A stretch of DNA of 64,000 nucleotides from Synechococcus sp. CO36386bin_29 (GTDB lineage: Bacteria; Cyanobacteriota; Cyanobacteriia; PCC-6307; Cyanobiaceae), in contig WTFZ01000194.1 of the NCBI GenBank assembly GCA_011523835.1, forward strand, positions 134-64,133, given 5' to 3'. The position numbers and the translations under genes were made by a program. The notes beneath the pieces were generated by a model. The model made no database searches, was not told where the DNA came from, and saw only the letters and a program-made list of their open reading frames with translations. Below, piece after piece: positions 59,346 through 64,000 of this stretch; position 1 is the stretch's first letter, and the number at the start of each line of letters is the position of its first letter.

Positions 59346-59450
59346 ATGGTCAGCTCCATCACCCAGACCGAAATCTTCATTGCCCTCGTTGTCGCTGCCC
59401 ATGCTGGGGTACTTGCGGTTCGTCTGTGCGTCAGCCTTTACCGCGCCTGA
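59346..59450 (+). CDS. psaM: Photosystem I subunit XII
   Basis: Translated by hand (below the ORF-track cut-off): MVSSITQTEIFIALVVAAHAGVLAVRLCVSLYRA. Confidence 0.93.
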   Translation: MVSSITQTEIFIALVVAAHAGVLAVRLCVSLYRA

Positions 59451-59512
59451 CAGGTTGTATGGCCCCTGCGTGATCGTCTTGGCAGGGTCGTCTCTCTGCG
59501 CTAGAAGCGGCT

Positions 59513-59854
59513 ATGCAAAAAGCCCTCTCTGAGCCATCCGACGCAGCATCTCGCGCTGCTCTCCTTCAACGTCAAAACGATCGCAGAGAGATGTTTTGCA
59601 GCTTTTTGGCCCTTTCCGTGAAATTGGGCCTCACGTTGCTGGGAGTGGTCAGTTTGGTTCGTCTGTCGATGGCCTATCAGGAGCGCCTAGAGCGGCATGG
59701 GGAAATGGCCGCTGTCGTTGAGGTCGAGACTTCGAAATTGCGCAGCCTTCAGCGGCGGTTCGACGCTTTTTTCACCATGGGAGGTGATCAGCGTTTGATG
59801 GATGAGCAAGATCAGTGGATCGCTCCGAACCGCCTCCGAGTGATTTGGCGCTGA
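59513..59854 (+). CDS. Conserved hypothetical single-TM coiled-coil protein
   Basis: One TM, then a heptad helix and QW..PNR.RV.W end. Confidence 0.7.
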   Translation: MQKALSEPSDAASRAALLQRQNDRREMFCSFLALSVKLGLTLLGVVSLVRLSMAYQERLERHGEMAAVVEVETSKLRSLQRRFDAFFTMGGDQRLMDEQDQWIAPNRLRVIWR

Positions 59855-59889
59855 GTTTCGTGATCTCACAACAAACGATGCAGCGTTGA

Positions 59890-60876
<987 letters not shown>

Positions 60877-60882
60877 ATCGGC

Positions 60883-61740
60883 TTAGGCCGGCATCATCTC
60901 CATCCACCGACGCGGAACCGCAATCCCGCGTTCCTTCAGTCCTTCAACCTCCCGTTCCACGATCGGGGCACAGTGCATTCGGAATACAGCCGGGGGAGCT
61001 TGGGCCGCCGTCGTATTGATACGGCGGTTGAGGTTGTTGTGACTGGAGTGGTCTCGTGCTGTGATCTCGAGGAACTGTTCGACGCTGGCCAGCAACGCTT
61101 CGGGCTGATTTTGGATGTCGTCAAAAACCATTGCTTTGACATTTTGGTGACCCAGTCCCTCACAGACCGCATCAAAGTTGCTGCAATATTGACTGTGCCT
61201 ATTCACAGCAGAATTGCTCAGGAATTGCTCAATCTGTTGCTCGAAGTCTGATGGATTAATGTTGTTATGTGATTGGCCTGAGAATTTGTATTGGCTCCAT
61301 AGTCGCTCGCAGGGTTCCCTGAGGATGTAAATCGCTTTGATCTCTTTGCTGATGTCTTCTCGTAGCCGTTTCCAGCCTTCAGCTTGAATCAGGGCCGACA
61401 GATTGCTGAAATCCGCATTCCATCCACGTCGCCCCTTGCTGCTGTTGAAGAGGTTTTCATACCAGGCTAGGGAGAGCGCCCCGTTCAGGTATTGATCGTT
61501 GTACCAGGCCCGAATGGCATCCTGTCGTTCGAGTCTGAGGTTGGCGATGTTGCTCAGTCGTGTCTGCGCCCGGTGTCGCCGATGGTCTTCTGTTAGATGT
61601 TTTTTGTCAAAATAATAGTGGGCCAGAAAGTGAATTTCTTTTTCTGGGGTGAAGTGAATTTGTGGATGTCTTTCTAACAGCGAATACAGCCATGTGGTGC
61701 CGGCCTTCATGGCACCAATGCTGAGAAATAATTTCTCCAT
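60883..61740 (-). CDS. PAPS-dependent sulfotransferase family protein
   Basis: IGAMKAGTTWL (5'-PSB), HP.I....KE.HF, LREP.ER.WSQY (3'-PB), FL.I, N. Confidence 0.85.
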   Translation of the reverse strand: MEKLFLSIGAMKAGTTWLYSLLERHPQIHFTPEKEIHFLAHYYFDKKHLTEDHRRHRAQTRLSNIANLRLERQDAIRAWYNDQYLNGALSLAWYENLFNSSKGRRGWNADFSNLSALIQAEGWKRLREDISKEIKAIYILREPCERLWSQYKFSGQSHNNINPSDFEQQIEQFLSNSAVNRHSQYCSNFDAVCEGLGHQNVKAMVFDDIQNQPEALLASVEQFLEITARDHSSHNNLNRRINTTAAQAPPAVFRMHCAPIVEREVEGLKERGIAVPRRWMEMMPA

Positions 61741-61784
61741 CCGCCTGAACAGTTAGGGGGAGTTTACTGTCGCTCCCTGCTGGG

Positions 61785-62738
<954 letters not shown>

Positions 62739-62826
62739 TCAACGGGAAATGAAAGATCTGCTTTCGGAGGCTTGGGCTTGGTCTTCAATTATTCCCTGAT
62801 TCGGTTAAATAATTGAGTTAAAATGC

Positions 62827-63999
62827 TCATGCCTTGAAGTGAGCTTTGGCGTCATACAGCGTTTCGCTGCTGATCTCCCTGCAACCCACCTCCCTGGCGT
62901 ACGACTCTGCATTACGGCGTACCTTTCCACGCACAAAAAACGGAATTTTTTTCAGTTCTTCTTCCCCATCGGCGGTCCAGACCAATTGGCTGGATGGGGG
63001 TTGCTGATGGTCGTCAACGTCGTTTGAGGCCTCTGTGCCGTTGGCTGCACCTGCTCCGCCCGCATGACCCAGATGACTCTGGTGTCCATCCACAAATTCG
63101 AAGTCGTGGCGGAACATGCCGATCAGGTGCTCCTCCAGGCCCATCATCAAAGGGTGCACCCAGGCATCGAAGATCACATTCGCTCCTTCCCAGCCCATTT
63201 GAGGGCTATGGCGTGCTGGAACGTCCTGAACATGCATCGGCGTACTGATCACGGCGCAGGGAATCCCCAGCCGTTTGGCGCTGTGCCGTTCCATCTGGGT
63301 GCCCAGGACCAGTTCAGGAGCCACCTCGGCCATGGCGGCCTCAACTGCCAGATAGTCATCACAGATCAGGGCCTCAAGACCCAATTGTTTGGCTGCGGCG
63401 CGAACAGGTCTGGCCATTTCCCTGCTGTACGTCCCCAGTCCCACCACCTTGAACCCCAGTTCCTCGCTGCAGATCCTTGCTGCGGCGATGGCATGCGTGC
63501 CGTCCCCAAAGATGAACACCCTCTTCCCCGTCAGGTAAGTGGAATCCACCGACTCGGAATACCAGGGCATGCGGGATCGCTGGTATCCCTCTGCGGTTTC
63601 CGGAGGGTCCATTCCAAGCAGGGCATGCACTTCGACAAGAAAGTCATGGGTTGCTCCCATTCCGATCGGCACCGTTCTGCTGAACGGAATGCCGAAGTTG
63701 CGTTCCAGCCAGCTGCAGCTGGATTCAGCCACTTCCGGGTAGAGACAGACATTCAGATCAGCCTGAGGGAGTCGAAGGATGTCCTTCACACCAGCTCCCA
63801 GCGGAGCGACAACACTGACATCAATGCCGTGGAGGGACAGCAGTCGCTGCACTTCAAGAACATCGTCTCGACAACGGAACCCCAGCAAGGACGGCCCGAG
63901 AAGATTCACCCGAGGGCGGCGACCGGCCTGCTTCCAGGCCATCACGTCATGGCTCGGCTGCGGAGGCACGGTCTGTTTCAGTAGCCCGCGGATCAGTTG
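62827..63999 (-). CDS. chlB: Light-independent protochlorophyllide reductase subunit B, 5'-truncated by window
   Basis: [41 protein letters not shown]-terminal PCP_red (W....[14 protein letters not shown]); frame open to window end. Confidence 0.96.
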   Translation of the reverse strand, partial: QLIRGLLKQTVPPQPSHDVMAWKQAGRRPRVNLLGPSLLGFRCRDDVLEVQRLLSLHGIDVSVVAPLGAGVKDILRLPQADLNVCLYPEVAESSCSWLERNFGIPFSRTVPIGMGATHDFLVEVHALLGMDPPETAEGYQRSRMPWYSESVDSTYLTGKRVFIFGDGTHAIAAARICSEELGFKVVGLGTYSREMARPVRAAAKQLGLEALICDDYLAVEAAMAEVAPELVLGTQMERHSAKRLGIPCAVISTPMHVQDVPARHSPQMGWEGANVIFDAWVHPLMMGLEEHLIGMFRHDFEFVDGHQSHLGHAGGAGAANGTEASNDVDDHQQPPSSQLVWTADGEEELKKIPFFVRGKVRRNAESYAREVGCREISSETLYDAKAHFKA

Positions 64000-64000
64000 G

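Overview
A GC-rich, gene-dense stretch of core chromosome from a marine picocyanobacterium, most likely Synechococcus subcluster 5.1. The assignment rests on gene content and order: psb27, psaM, a CAB-tailed hemH, por facing chlL-chlB, the ado-aar-accA-SDR-folE alkane cluster and two ppa paralogues. About 69 CDS can be supported, almost all housekeeping. The M32 carboxypeptidase at the left edge and chlB at the right edge are truncated by the window. I saw no tRNA, rRNA, CRISPR array, IS element, prophage or defence island, and no clearly new multi-gene system. The best leads are smaller. (1) A stand-alone cNMP-domain gene sits before an atypical photolyase/cryptochrome that has His at the flavin-N5 position and a C-terminal beta-clamp-like motif. 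(2) A TerB-like/Coq4-like fusion protein carries an intact HDxxH-x11-E motif. (3) A two-hairpin, CU-rich sRNA-like element follows ppa. (4) Unannotated membrane proteins look like a divergent PiT transporter and a pore-less voltage-sensor-like protein. (5) An SDR coupled to folE may be a sepiapterin reductase. (6) A tyrosine recombinase appears to be domesticated. (7) Several proteins look like pseudo-enzymes. All family assignments come from motifs read by eye; no database search was run.
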